Shown piece after piece: positions 1-13,258 of a DNA stretch of 64,000 nucleotides. The DNA is taken from NCBI GenBank assembly GCA_965649765.1, contig OZ287755.1:33356001-33420000 (forward strand), written 5' to 3'. Each line of letters begins with the position of its first letter. The first letter of the stretch is position 1. This stretch comes from Bispira polyomma (lineage: Eukaryota). The position numbers and the translations under genes were made by a program. The notes beneath the pieces were generated by a model. It saw nothing but the letters and a program-made list of their open reading frames with translations, was not told where the DNA came from and made no database searches.

Positions 1-1058
1 TCAATTTTGGTGGCCATCTTGAATTTCTGCGTTTTTTTTGAAAATGTCAGTTATCTCGGAAACGGTGCTAGATAGAGCGATTTCAAGCTCATTTTCGACC
101 CACAGGGTTGATTTTGCTTAGATGTAAACTTTTAAAAAAAATTCAATTTTGGCGGCCATTTTGAATTTCTGCGTCTTTTTCAAAAGCGTCCGTTATCTCG
201 GAAACGGTGCTAGATAGAGCGATTTCGACCTAATTTTCGACCCACAGGGTTGATTTTGCTTATATGTAAACTTTTAAAAAATTTTGGCGGCCATCTTGAA
301 TTTCTATGTAATCTTTCAAAAAAATTTTTATTTTGGCGGCCATCTTGAATTTCTGGGACTTTTACAAAAATGTCCTTTATCTCGGAAATGGTGCTGTAAT
401 CTTTCAAAAAATTTTTAATTTTGGCGGCCATCTTGAATTTCTGGGACTTTTACGAAAATGTCCTTTATCTCAGAAACGGTGCTAGATAGAGCTTTTTCGA
501 GCTCATTTTTGATCCACAGGGTTGATTTTACTTATAGGTAAACTTTTTTAAAAATTTTACTTTTGTCGGCCATCTTGAATTTCTGCGTCTTTTTCGAAAA
601 TGTCATTTATCTTGGAAACGGTGCTAGATAGACCCATTTCGAGCTCATTTTCAATCCACAGGGTTGATTTTGCTTATATTTAAACTTTTTAAAAAATGGT
701 ACATTTTGGCGGCCATCTTGAATTTCTGCGTCTTTTTCGGAAATGTCCTTTATCTCAGAAACGGTGCTGGATAGAGCGATTTCAAGCTCCTTTTCGACTC
801 ATAGGGCTGATTTTTCTTTTATGTAAATTTTTATAGTAATTTTTGATTTGGGCAACCATCTTGAATTTCTGCGTCTTTTTAGAAAACGTCTGTTATCTCG
901 GAAATGGTGATCCTTTTTGAGCTTACATTGACCAAAAGTGCTGATTCTGCTTATATGTCAACTTTTAAACAATATTAAACCTTGTACACTAAACAATTTC
1001 ATTATTATTTCAACTTTAGGGACGCTTTGTTTTTGTTATCAAAAACCGTTTTCTAGTT
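1..1058. repeat. ~142-bp tandem satellite (GGCGGCCATCTTGAATTTCTG core), probably the internal array and 3' end of a non-autonomous Helitron/Helentron-type element
   Basis: GATAGA-led motif (GATAGAGCGATTTC and variants) recurs at ~71, 213, 486, 626 and 770; the segment ends ...TTTTCTAGTT at ~1058. The Helitron class is inferred. Confidence 0.7.
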
Positions 1059-1353
1059 TATCTTTTTGTAAGATAAATACTTACCTTATCCTCATAAGTC
1101 AGATGCCCACCCACCAAACCCCACTAATTTGTGTGGCAGGCTTTCCAAATTGAATCTGAGGAGTGCAAGCACCAACAGAAGTGAGAACACTTCCTGTGCA
1201 TGCGCATTCCTCTTTGTCGGTTGAGAGTAAAAATTAAGAAACAAGAATAGTCTTTTAAAAAAGACTTGCATTCTTTTTGGTCGAGCAATTATTCAAATTG
1301 AATAAAAGCACTTAGTGAGGATAAGGTAAGTATTTATCTTACAAAAAGATAAA
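1057..1353. mobile_element. 297-bp non-autonomous element with perfect 38-bp terminal inverted repeats, DIRS-terminus-like
   Basis: TTTATCTTTTTGTAAGATAAATACTTACCTTATCCTCA (1057-1094) is the exact reverse complement of 1316-1353. Positions ~1190-1340 match 44435-44570, the end of the DIRS-like relic. Confidence 0.75.
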
Positions 1354-2179
1354 TTACAATAAAATGTTTACAATTCATACGTCAAATTCACTATGGCAGC
1401 ACCCTGTCCAGAGAATTCTCATTCTTTGCCAACAACTGTTTTATGTCCGTTGGTAATTCTTAAAGTAGAAACTCTGATTACAGTGGAATCTGTATTGATC
1501 TCGAGATATAGCTGCATATGCAGATGGGTAGAACTACTTTTTACCACACAGTCTATCTATAGGGCTATGGGGCATTGTTTTCACCTGGGTTTTCTGTATA
1601 GGTGTCAAAGCGACTGCTGTCAAAGTTCATATTTGGTACAAATAGTCTTTACTGGGTGTGTAGGTGTGTAATGTTAAAGTCTGATGTGACCCAAAGGATG
1701 CAGGTTTAGGGATCTGTGATACTATCTTTATATTCATATTCAAATTTGCATACGCATTTATGTATCTTTATCTAGTATTATTCAAAGTTCTAAGTAACGT
1801 ATTCTTGATAACACAGCCAACCAGCAGCAGTAGCTGACATTCCCCTAAGTTAAGAGAAACGCTTAAGGATAAATATCATCTATCAATGTCCCATAGGTTT
1901 TTTACTCATGTCCACTACATTCCTAAACGGGTGCGTTGCCCCCCACTAAGCCAACCAATCCATGAATGCCTTACATATAGTTTCGAAGATATCAGCACCC
2001 TTCTTAGAATGAAAACAATATCAGGCTAGGTCTGATGAAAAATCCTTGACCAATAACCATTATAAAGACCGGAAGTGCGCATCGACCACAAAAGCTATCA
2101 GTGCGCAATTCATAACTGTACTTTATCTGGAAGAATAGATCACGGATAAATAGTCCCCTCAGTAGCTACAAAAATAGTT

Positions 2180-2665
2180 CACAGTGAGTTGGAAAATATC
2201 TTATTATTTGCTTTAAAATATATTATTGTCAGTCTTTTACTTTATTGGCGAATCAAAGACAGCCTTCCGCCATAAGTCAGTCCTTGATTTACCAATAAAG
2301 TACTCGCCCTTGAACTTTATTTCTACAGTAACCTGAAGAGAGGCAACTGACTCTCTGTTTCTATTGTTAGATCCACCAGAAAGGTGGGATCCAGAGCTTT
2401 CTCCATTGCAGCTCCCTTGTTATGTAAACAGTTTCCCAGTTGACCTCAGATCAGCAGATACACTTATTGGTTTTAGGAAAAAACTGAAAACCTATATTTT
2501 TAACCTTACCTACCCATCTTAGTTCCCTCCTGTATGCCCCCACATCTTTCCTAACGACCTTGCTATGCCCATAGACTACACGATTGGATCAATGATTCTG
2601 CTGTTGTGCTTTAGAAAATGCCTAGCATCAATAAAGCGTGTTAAACATTCATATTAATAATAATC
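2180..2665 (+). mobile_element. Degenerate L2/CR1-type LINE 3' end
   Basis: Decayed ORF2 C-terminus (GFRKKLKTYIF-like) followed by a 3' tail shared with 32985-33095 (GACCTTGCTATGCCC...CATCAATAAAGCG plus an AAT/ATT tail). Confidence 0.6.
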
Positions 2666-2771
2666 ACTACCTGTTATGATATGACACAAAGTGTATTGAA
2701 AGTTGACATTATAACCTGAAATAAAGGTAAGGAGCGTAGACCTGTGAGTAAACGTGTTGCTATGGTTACAG

Positions 2772-2905
2772 GAATCTAATGATGACTTGTCAGACAGTGA
2801 GATGGAGAAGCTGGATGGGGCCCTGGCAGCTGCATTTAAAAGTATGAAGAGGACCAAGTCTGAGGAGAAACAAAAACGGGTACAGCTAAAGCACTACAAG
2901 ATGAG
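2772..2905 (+). CDS. MYBBP1A: MYBBP1A exon (ESNDDLSDSEMEKLDGALAAAFKSMKRTKSEEKQKRVQLKHYKM-R)
   Basis: ttacag|GAA acceptor; AG|gtatgt donor; phase 2. Confidence 0.88.
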
Positions 2906-5008
2906 GTATGTGTGAAATGTGTACATGTCAAACACTGTAAGATGAGGTATGTGTGAAATATGTACATGTCAAACACGTCAAGATGAGGTATGTGTGAAAT
3001 GTGTACATGTCAAACACTATAAGATGAGGTATGTGTGAATTGTGTACAGCTCAAACACGTCAAGATGAGGTATGTGTGAAATGTGTACATGCCAAACACG
3101 TCAAGATGAGGTATGTGTGAAATGTGTACATGTCAAACACTATAAGATGAGGTATGTGTGAATTGTGTACAGCTCAAACACTATAACATGAGGTATATAT
3201 GAAATTTGTACATGTCAAACACTATAAGATGAGGTATGTGTGAAATGTGTACATGTCAAACACGTCAAGATGAGGTATGTGTGAAATGTGTACCTGTCAA
3301 AACATGTCAAGATGAGGTATGTGTGAAATGTGTACAGCTAAAGCACTACATGATGAGGTATGTGCGAAATGTGTACATGCCAAACACGTCAAGATGAGGT
3401 ATGTGTGAAATGTGTACAGCTCAAACACGTCAAGATGAGGTATGTGTGAAATGTGTACAGCTCAAACACTACAAGATGAGGTATGTGTGAAATGTGTACA
3501 TGTCAAACACGTCAAGATGAGGTATGTGTGAAATGTGTACACGTCAAACACGTCAAATTGAGGTGTGTGTGAAATGTGTACATACCAAACACGTCAAGAT
3601 GAGGTATGTGTGACATGTGTACAGCTCAAACACTATAACATGAGGTATGTGTGAAATTTGTACAGCTCAAACACGTCAAGATGAGGTATGTGTGAAATGT
3701 GTACATGTCAAACACGTCAAGATGAGGTATGTGTGAAATGTGTACAGCTCAAACACGTCAAGGTGAGGTATGTGTGAAATGTGTACAGCTCAAACACGTC
3801 AAGATGAGGTATGTGTGAAATGTGTACATGTCAAACACATCAAGATGAGGTATGTGTGAAATGTGTACAGCTCAAACACGTCAAGATGAGGTATGTGTGA
3901 AATGTGTACAGCTCAAACACATCAAGATGAGGTATGTGTTAAATGTGTACATGTGTACATGTCAAACACATCAAGATGAGGTATGTGTGAAATGTGTACA
4001 GCTCAAACACGTCAAGATGAGGTATGTGTGAAATGTGTACAGCTCAAACACATCAAGATGAGGTATGTGTTAAATGTGTACATGTGTACATGTCAAACAC
4101 ATCAAGATGAGGTATGTGTGAAATGTGTACATGTGTACATGTCAAACACATCAAGATGAGGTATGTGTGAAATGTGTACAGCTCAAACACGTCAAGGTGA
4201 GGTATGTGTGAAATGTGTACAGCTCAAACACGTCAAGATGAGGTATGTGTGAAATGTGTACATGTCAAACACATCAAGATGAGGTATGTGTGAAATGTGT
4301 ACAGCTCAAACACGTCAAGATGAGGTATGTGTGAAATGTGTACAGCTCAAACACATCAAGATGAGGTATGTGTTAAATGTGTACATGTGTACATGTCAAA
4401 CACATCAAGATGAGGTATGTGTGAAATGTGTACAGCTCAAACACGTCAAGATGAGGTATGTGTGAAATGTGTACAGCTCAAACACATCAAGATGAGGTAT
4501 GTGTTAAATGTGTACATGTGTACATGTCAAACACATCAAGATGAGGTATGTGTGAAATGTGTACATGTGTACATGTCAAACACATCAAGATGAGGTATGT
4601 GTGAAATGTGTACAGCTCAAACACGTCAAGATGAGGTATGTGTGAAATGTGTACAGCTCAAACACATCAAGATGAGGTATGTGTTAAATGTGTACATGTG
4701 TACATGTCAAACACATCAAGATGAGGTATGTGTGAAATGTGTACATGTGTACATGTCAAACACATCAAGATGAGGTATGTGTGAAATGTGTACAGCTCAA
4801 ACACGTCAAGATGAGGTATGTGTGAAATGTGTACAGCTCAAACACATCAAGATGAGGTATGTGTTAAATGTGTACATGTGTACATGTCAAACACATCAAG
4901 ATGAGGTATGTGTGAAATGTGTACATGTGTACATGTCAAACACATCAAGATGAGGTACGTGTGAAATGTGTACAGCTCAAAGCTTAAGCACTATAAGATG
5001 AGGTATGT
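2878..5008 (+). repeat. 41/49-bp minisatellite (~50 units), each unit carrying the exon's 5' splice site AAGATGAG|GTATGT
   Basis: Unit AAGATGAGGTATGTGTGAAATGTGTACA(TG/GC)TCAAACAC(G/A)TC; the 49-bp variant has an extra 8-nt TGTGTACA duplication; higher-order patterning in the 3' half. Confidence 0.97.
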
Positions 5009-6024
5009 AAATAAGTAGTGTCTATTGTTGTAATTTGGCATAAAGTGTTTTAATTTAGCACATAAGTATAAAAGGTATAGAACCATACCTATGTCTGAAA
5101 TAAAATAAGTTAAAACATTTCTGACATGCCAATTTATAAATTACAAGTGAAATTTTCATGAAGGATCACCAGAAAAGCCAGATATGACATGTTGTCTTAT
5201 TTGTGCCAAATTATAACTCCTGTTATCAATTACAATTCTAGTCTCTACAGCACAAACAAAATGGGATATGTTAATATTAATAGTAAAACAGCAATGAGTA
5301 CTTCACAAACACTACAACACAAGGTATGTTGTGGGTTATTATCTGCATTTTCTAGTGGATGAAAAGTTTTTGGGGTTGTGAGATCGATAATATGTTTTTG
5401 AACGCATGTATGTTTGTATTTTGATATGTTTGTTGGAAAAAAATCAGACATTATGTTGTGTTTGTTGAGGAAATCACTCTCTATTAAAACATATGTTATT
5501 AGCAATTTGACAACTAATCACTCTTATTGTGCATACACATACGCTCAATACCTTATTCTCTGAAACACTACAAGTGCCACACCTAACACTATAAGTGGAA
5601 GTGACGTCATATGTGTGTTACAATTGTAGGCCTTATGAACAGTTGTGCAGGGTTAGGTTTTTCTGCCCAAACTAGGCAAGGTTGTCTTGGCATTTGAGTA
5701 ATAGCCAGAAGATGTGACTGTTTTGGTAGTGCCACTTTGTCTAAACTATATCTTGGTAACTGTAAGTAGTAGCTATTGTGTGTAGCAAACGTCACGTTTC
5801 TTTACCTAACACATTATGTATGTGAATTGTGAATAGGTTCCATATCACCTGGTATTGCTCATTGCAGTTTGGATTTATAAAACAAAATGATCTACATCAA
5901 GAAATATACGTCTTACCCCAAAAATATACTAACTCACTAAATAAAGATTCAGTATTGTATCATGCCACCCTTTATTGAGCCTGGATCACTAGAGACAATG
6001 GTGAAAGGAAATGTTAATTATGTA

Positions 6025-6250
6025 GAGTAAGAAATGTAAAATTCACCACGGTCTGAATATTGCCACCAAGAAAATGTTGTGTTTTACTAGAATTCTCAGT
6101 AATATTTGCTGAAAGTTGAGATTTTTGTGACTATTTTGCCTGACGTACCTAAATTCCAGTTATTTTTCACCTGTTTTTTATTGATTTGGCTTACATTTTA
6201 GGTGTGGCGTATTTCAGATACAGTGGCGAATTTTAGATTCCTCACTCTAC
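6025..6250. mobile_element. ~225-bp MITE (TIR TAGAGTAAGGAAT.TAAAATT.GCCA); related copies at 25184-25413 and 29176-29392
   Basis: Inverted termini and shared internal sequence among three copies. Confidence 0.7.
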
Positions 6251-6404
6251 AAACATCCATTAGAGGATGTAGATGTGCAATATTATGATTTTCCTCTTAT
6301 GAACTTATTCTTAAATCTCAGAAATTGTATTAAAATTTTATTCTCAGCGCATTTGTCTACCCTTATCTGGAATTCAAAGTGCTATTTTACCTTTTCTTGA
6401 CTGT

Positions 6405-6590
6405 ACAGTACAGCCAACCAGCACCAGTAACTGTCATTCCCTTGACATTTAATAATGTCACAAAGGTCCTTTAGCCTGCCACTACGGATAGGACTCCATG
6501 GTATCTGCCTGTATCTGTTGCCACATGCTGAGTTAAAACCCAGGTCCTCTGCATTACTAAGCAAGTGTGTTACCCACTGGGCCACAGTGG
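6405..6590 (-). mobile_element. tRNA-derived SINE fragment
   Basis: Minus strand GTGGCCCAGTGGGTAA (A box) ... CTGGGTTTTAACTC (B-box-like). Confidence 0.5.
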
Positions 6591-7269
6591 GAGATGTGTT
6601 ATAAATATCTATAATATCTCAAGGGTGGTATTCTCGAACATATAGTCAGTTCAAGCTCATACTCAAATCTGGATTCTCTGTAACTCTGGGTACTGTTAAC
6701 ATATCTAAAATCTAACTTCATATTTGAATGTGGTGTTAAAATCTCTTTTAAAAGGAATGGTCATAAGTGTAGGTTATTTCCATGTACAAGGATTTCCACA
6801 TGGTCTATTTTTGAGTTGAGTATGAGTTTAAGCACAAGTTTATTTCGAGAATACGAGTCCAGGTGTGCACTATTGAGGTTTGACCTCCATTTAACCTTTA
6901 GTATAAAAGGTACAGCAGCACCTCTATTATCCGAATATGTTAGGATTTAGTTTGGATAAAAGAAGATTCCATCAGTATGCCTCTTTATGAACTTTATGCA
7001 ATAGAAGGGACATTTTGTATAAAACAACAGGAAAATATAAAGTTAGGAACCTGCTCAAAAATCGAATTGTTTGATAGTATTAGTTTCGATAATAAAGATT
7101 TTAATGTATTTATAACGTTCTGGAAGTTTTACAAATAATGGTGCTCTGTCATTTCTATCTTGGCCTCTTTAGGTCTCAATTTGTCAAACATTTCCAGGGC
7201 AGTGTTTCAAATCAATGGTGTCTAAAATTTTAGAATCCCACTTAAATGAAGTTAATGCGGTTACATTAG

Positions 7270-7574
7270 TTAACCTTTTGACAAACTTAGCCGTCGGCTA
7301 TCAGTCGATAGACATTTCTATTCGCGAGTGCCATGTTCTGACAACCAGCAGTCGATGGTATATGATATTATTGTATAGCTTCCTCAGCACAACAGGAATA
7401 AAATCTATGTGGTACAGGGCTTTTGAACATTAAGAGAAATACATTCTTTTCAGTTTGTGATGTCATTAGTTGTTTCGAAAACGTAATTTGTAATGGCATC
7501 AAAGTGTGTCAAAAGTATTTTCCCTCGATATACATTGTAGTAGAATTAATCTCCATCGGTGGGGAAGGGGTTAA
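7270..7574. mobile_element. ~300-bp TTAA-flanked MITE (piggyBac-like termini); copies at 23935-24242 and ~48165-48530 (inverted)
   Basis: Termini TTAACC(T/C)..TGACA ... GGGGTTAA; internal CAGCAGTCGA and CTCCATCG.TGG shared. Confidence 0.7.
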
Positions 7575-7847
7575 ACCCACAACAGAGGTGTAAATGTCAG
7601 CTAACTTAAGACACGACTTCTTGAGAGACCCTTTTCAAGTTACTATTGTGTGAATATCTGTGTTTGGTACATTTATTGTTGTGGGAGTTAATGTGAACTG
7701 TACAGTATGTGTATCTGTCTGTGTTATCTCTTAGAATACTACACTTATCAGTCATAAGTACATATACCACATTGTGTGTGTGTGTAATCTTTTGACCTAG
7801 ACGATGCTGATTACAAGCAATGACAAATGGTTCAAATACCAAACTGC

Positions 7848-8180
7848 AGTAGAATCTCTATTATCGGAATATGTTAGGAGAGCCAGTTTCTATAAGTAAA
7901 ACATCAATGGACCAGTAGAAAGACTTCTACTTAAGCATGATTTCCACTTAACAGGGTAGATTTAAAAAGGAAAAGGCCTTTGCAGGACCATAAATTTTGC
8001 TCTATATATATAAAATGGAAATTGAGTTAACAGAATTCTACTTAAAGGGGTTTAACTGTAGAAAATTTATAAAATAGAAGAGGCATTTTAGTATAAATCA
8101 ATGGCAAAAAAATTAATTTGGAAGAGTAGAATGGAAAATGGAATATTCAGAAAATAGAAGTTTGGATAATAGAGGTTCTA
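7848..8180. mobile_element. Tc1/mariner-like MITE (CAGTAGAACCTCTATTATCCGAA family) with a nested related MITE; many copies in the window, e.g. 10347-10525, 30036-30432, 53102-53302, 55094-55563
   Basis: TIRs CAGTAGAA(C/T)CTCTATTATC / GATAATAGAGGTTCTAC(TG), flanked by TA in the better-preserved copies. Confidence 0.7.
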
Positions 8181-10187
8181 CACCTCTGCCGTTGTGGGTT
8201 CCAATCTTGGCTACTATTGGCAAGTTTGTGAGTAATTTGGCAGTAGACTTGCTGAAGGGTGGTAATTTGTGAACTGCCTGTCGTGATATGACACAAACGT
8301 GTTAAAACGTGTTGAGCCTTGTAGTATTGTCCAAAGTCCAAGTGTCTCTTGGGTTGAATTGATACAGTTCTTCCTTGTCCCATGCCCTCTATACCTAATT
8401 ACCTCTACCAAATCTCATGTAAATCAGTTCAGTATTTTCGTGATAAACAAACGAAACAGCTGAACTTGGCGAACAACATATAAATAACATTTTTCATAGA
8501 GGTAATAAAATAGATGAATTTATGTGAAAATCCATTAAATGTAGTATGGTGACTAGGCCTATAATGTGGTGACATTATTATACAATCTTAAATTTAAAAA
8601 ATGCAAAAGTTTCTCAGAAATTTTTAAAGGTTTTGCAATTGTAGAATTATAGATAATATAGCATGTTTTACATTATGTTTCAATTAAGTGATTAATACAT
8701 TTTAATGACTAATACAAGCCCCAAATTGCATCAGTAGCTTGAAAAATTATCACAAATGACTTCAGTATATTATGCCATTGTCAGAAAATAATTTAAAATA
8801 TACTTGACAGTATTGTCAGTAGATTTTGCTATTGATATATAATACATTTATATGGTTCATTGTGGATTATTAGTTGTGATCACATTTGCTGTAAAATTAT
8901 CAAAGCTGATATTATATGTATTGACTATTCAGTGGCTCTTTTCTTTTCAAAATTTCAACAGTGTCCATGTTTATTTTAGGATATCTTGAGCAGGGACAAG
9001 TGTAGAGAATTAACCTCTACTGAATATAGAAAAATAATATTTACATTGTTTGAGAAACCTTGGGCGTTTATCTTAAACTAAATGCTTTGTGTAAACTTGT
9101 GCAGACATATACGCGGGGACTATTGAATATTCATAGGATTTTTCTTTCAGATCAAATGCTTGGGTCATCAGGCCTCTTTAAGTGCAGAGGAATTTATTTT
9201 ATATATCTTTGTTCAAATAATACATGTAGTTGAAATATGTACACTGTACTAAGGTGGCATAGTTTCAACAGAACAAAAATGTTATGTTGAATGATGCTTT
9301 TAGAAATATATACCTTAAAGGCTTTTAATACACAGGTTCTGCCAAATTGTAACAATGGTTTGACAAAGATCTTTACATTAGAATTTAAAAAAAACAACAG
9401 TTGAATAAACTTAACCAACAAAGCCTACAAAAGAATACAGTTGTATATAATGTGGTATAGTACGGTGTATGAAAACTCTCAAACAAGAAAACTGCCCATT
9501 ATTTCCTGGAAAACTGGCTATTCAACATATTTTTACCCATTACCAGTCAATATGCATATTTTACCCATCCTAGTAAATATTAAAAACGCTTTGTTGGAAT
9601 AAATGACAAATATATTTTTGTGGTAACTACTTAAGGTGATATTTGAAACGTCCACAGATTCTCATGAAAAATACTGGTCTATAATATCAATATTCTGTTG
9701 AAGATTAATAAAGTAATTCTAGGAAATAGTTAACGTACCATATAGTAGAACCATGTTAAGTCGAATCTGACGGGAAAATCTAAAAATCTATTTAACTAGC
9801 TTAAAGTTTTATTAGGAAACAGAAGTTATACATTACAATGAAGTCTTGTTAAGTCGAATCTGACGGGACCATAAAAAATTTGCACTTAACAGAAAATATA
9901 CTTAACTAGGCTAAATTTTAATTAGTAATTATACATATACACTGGAACCCTGTTAAGTCGACTCTGACGGGACCATATAAAAGTTTTACGTAATTGAAAT
10001 TCCACTAAACAGGGTAAATTTTTATTAAAAAATTTAGCAATGGGACCTTACATAACTTCTACTTAACAAGTAATTCCACTTATAGGTTTTTTTTGCCTGT
10101 AGTTAAATTAATAGTGATCAATCCATAAATCTATGCAATCTATCACGTCTCAACCTCCCTTCCTCCTATTGATGTACGGTCTTGAAA

Positions 10188-10270
10188 CAGGTGTGCCAGA
10201 AATCTGCATTTACAAATTACAAGGTATTGAAAAAACACCTTACTGCAAATGACAGATCTGACACAATTGA
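10188..10270 (-). ncRNA. pre-miRNA hairpin 1, miR-277-like; predicted 3p UAAAUGCAGAUUUCUGGCACAC (10191-10212)
   Basis: 5p arm UGUGUCAGAUCUGUCAUUUGCA pairs with the 3p arm; CAUC (CNNC) begins 17 nt 3' of the predicted mature end. Confidence 0.8.
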
Positions 10271-11997
10271 GCACAAGGCAAGTGTTCAGTGAGGGTTTGA
10301 TAGTGATGCACTGCAACTACTTTGTATAAATAGTATTCATTTGTATACAGTAGAACCTCTATTATCAGAAATTCTGGTGTTTGAATATTGATTTTATGAA
10401 CACACTTTCTCTCCCCCAGATTTACATTTTCCTGTTGTTTTAGAATACAATGCATGTCTTCTATTTTATGAACCTTATATCTAGACCAAATGTTGCTCTC
10501 CCAACATATTCAGAAAATAGAGGTTGTTCATTGTTTTCTAGATACAAGAAACATATCTACTTGTCTGATTGTGACAAAAAAAGTGTGAACTCTCGGGATC
10601 ACTGTACATTAAATGTAAAGCTCCAAATATACACGTTTGATTCTATTTCTTTAACATCCCTCCTTTTCAACTGTGTGTGTATTTAAAAAATCCAGAATCC
10701 AGTTTATATATATAAATAAAATAATACATCTTTTTCTATGTATTTTTACCTTCTGTGATGCAAAAATAACAAAAAAAAATCTCTTTTTATTTTAATTCAA
10801 AAACCTTTTAACTCCTGCTTTAAAAAAACACAACTAATTTACAAGTGCAATCCTCCCTAATTGATTCACACCTAGTGGCTAATTGTTTGTAACCATTTGG
10901 CCCTGCTTTTTGAACTCCTGACTGAGTCACCTTTTGATATTACCTATACATAGGTAGCATACTGAGAAGAGCCCAGGTATCAAGGTATACAGTATGTGTC
11001 ATTATGTAATCAATAGCTAGGCCGCACTTTTTGTCTTGTCAAAATGAAAAAAGAAAAAACAATATACTGCAACCTGTTTTATGCATTAATTCTCTATGTC
11101 ACCACTTGATAATCCTCTATCCCATGTGTTCTTTCGTGGACAATTCTATATCTCTCAACTGAAGTGCTTTGCAGATTGCAGTCATTTCATTTATTCAATA
11201 GATTTATCATTCAATATGTCCCCAATTGAATTTACTATACATAAACTCAATGTGTGTACTTCCCAACAACAGAAGGTATTATTGATGTATTCAAATTGGT
11301 CCACACATGCATATTCATGAATACAGCCAAAAGTCACCATATATAGTAGTACATATACACCATATATCAATTACCACAGCAGAATACAATGGGTAATGAA
11401 GGTATCAAAGATTCTTTCTATTGATTCCATGTGCTATTGTTGCTGGGAGGTCACAGCTGTTTAAAACCCCTCTCTCTATTTTAAAAGGTTTAATGTGGCT
11501 TTGAACTATCTCTCAATGCAGCATGTTTTATTTAAAACAGCTGAAGTGACCCTCTTCATGCATTTAGGTAAATCCAATAAAATTCTAATTATTTGGCAGA
11601 AATACAATTTTCTTTGAAGAATTTATTAAAAAAAAAAATTCAAAAAGCTGCTCAGGCCTAAAGTCAGGCAGATTTGGTACTAATTTCAGATAATAATAAT
11701 AATTTCAGATAAACTGTGAAACACCAATAACTACTTTTGACATATTTTACTTAGTTTTACAAATCATTTAAAATTTAATAAAAAAAATAATATAAACATG
11801 GCTATTAACTGCTTCAGTTCATTTCAACCAAGTGATAATGTGGTACAAATTCTGGTGAATATTCTTAACAACACAGTGACCACAATCTAATTATGAACTT
11901 ATACCCTGGAGTATACCTCAGATAGGCTGTATATATGACATATCCAATTGTTTTCTTGTCATTCTTCATTCTGTATCATGGTGATGTGTACATGGGT

Positions 11998-12071
11998 TGA
12001 GGTGTGCCAGATATTGCATTTATGACCATATGTAGAACCAAAAACACAAACCCAACATTTGACACAACTCA
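11998..12071 (-). ncRNA. pre-miRNA hairpin 2, miR-277-like; 3p UAAAUGCAAUAUCUGGCACACC (12001-12022)
   Basis: 5p GAGUUGUGUCAAAUGUUGGGUUUGUG forms a ~26-position stem with 4 G:U pairs that exist only on the minus strand. Confidence 0.85.
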
Positions 12072-12184
12072 GGAAAGATTAAAAAAACATCAAAAAAACA
12101 CTGCCAAAAAACTAGCAAAGATTAAAGCTGAAAACTTCTATTTTTCCTATTCTCTTGATGCTTGATTGTTTACTTCATCAAAAT

Positions 12185-12724
12185 TCCTCTAATTAGTGAA
12201 CACCTCCAACTAGTGAACACCTCCAATTAGTGAACACCTCAACTAGTGAACACCTCCAATTAGTGAACACCTCCAACTAGTGAACACCTCCAATTAGGGA
12301 ACACCTCCAACTAGTGAACACCTCCAACTACTCAACACCTCCAATTAGTGAATACCTCCAATTAGTGAACACCTCCAATTAGTGAACACCTCCAACTAGT
12401 GAACACCTCCAATTAGTGAATACCTCCAACTAGTGAATACCTCCAATTAGTGAAGACCTCCAACTAGTGAACACCTCAAATTGGTGAACACCTCCAACCA
12501 GCAAACCCCTTTTCCTGGTGCTACTTGTGAATTGTACAGGACCTCTGAATAGTGAACACCTCTCTTGAACATTATTTTTTTAACTTTTAACATAAAACCT
12601 TGGTACATTTTGTCCTGGTATTTTTTGTCCTGATACATTTTGTCCCGATACATATTGTCGCATCCCATAACAAGCATTATGACTGTGGTCCCATAAACAT
12701 TCACTATATGGAGGCTTTACTGTA
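12185..12724. repeat. 17-bp minisatellite (AA(T/C)TAGTGAACACCTCC, ~18 units, 12190-12500) inside a Tc1-like MITE
   Basis: Tandem units are directly visible; the right end TTCACTATATGGAGGCTTTACTGTA is the inverted counterpart of the unit. Confidence 0.85.
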
Positions 12725-12868
12725 CAATGTATTATTCTCTTCTCTCCTGGGTTTTTTCTGCTGTCTGAACTTTTGACATTGTAAATAAATCTTTGTTGTA
12801 GCTTGTATTGTTATGTACCACCCCCTTTGGACTGTGGCACTGATCTCTGTTGTATCTTATACCTTTGT

Positions 12869-12951
12869 TAAGATGTGCCAGACATTGCATTTATGATTTA
12901 GGTTTGGGTGAATCATCACACACACACAAATACAACATTTGACACAGCTCA
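12869..12951 (-). ncRNA. pre-miRNA hairpin 3, miR-277-like; 3p UAAAUGCAAUGUCUGGCACAUC
   Basis: Complementary arm UGUGUCAAAUGUUGUAUUUGUG; long loop. Confidence 0.82.
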
Positions 12952-13177
12952 TAGAAAACTATTTTTTTTTTTAAGTCAAAGACACCGGTAGAAATAATAA
13001 TAAATTTGCCTTTTTTTGGCAAATTTAATTGTATTTACACGAATACTGGGCACTCTATTATCCAAAATTTCAATTATCCAAACATTCATGATTTTTTTCG
13101 TTCACTTCCAACTTCCGATCTTTAAAATGTCAGTTTTATTGTGAAGATATCCTTTGAGACTGTATAATTACTCTGGT

Positions 13178-13258
13178 TGAGATGTGCCAGACATTGCATT
13201 TATGATTTGTTTTGGGTGCAAAAACCTCCCACACAAACACAATATTTGACACAGCTCA
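13178..13258 (-). ncRNA. pre-miRNA hairpin 4, miR-277-like; 3p UAAAUGCAAUGUCUGGCACAUC
   Basis: Complementary arm UGUGUCAAAUAUUGUGUUUGUG. Confidence 0.82.

Noticed and set aside
11374-11447. Additional imperfect hairpin between hairpins 1 and 2 (CAGCA...TGCTG)
   Set aside because: Too many bulges, no paralog and no recognisable miRNA family; cannot be supported without reads
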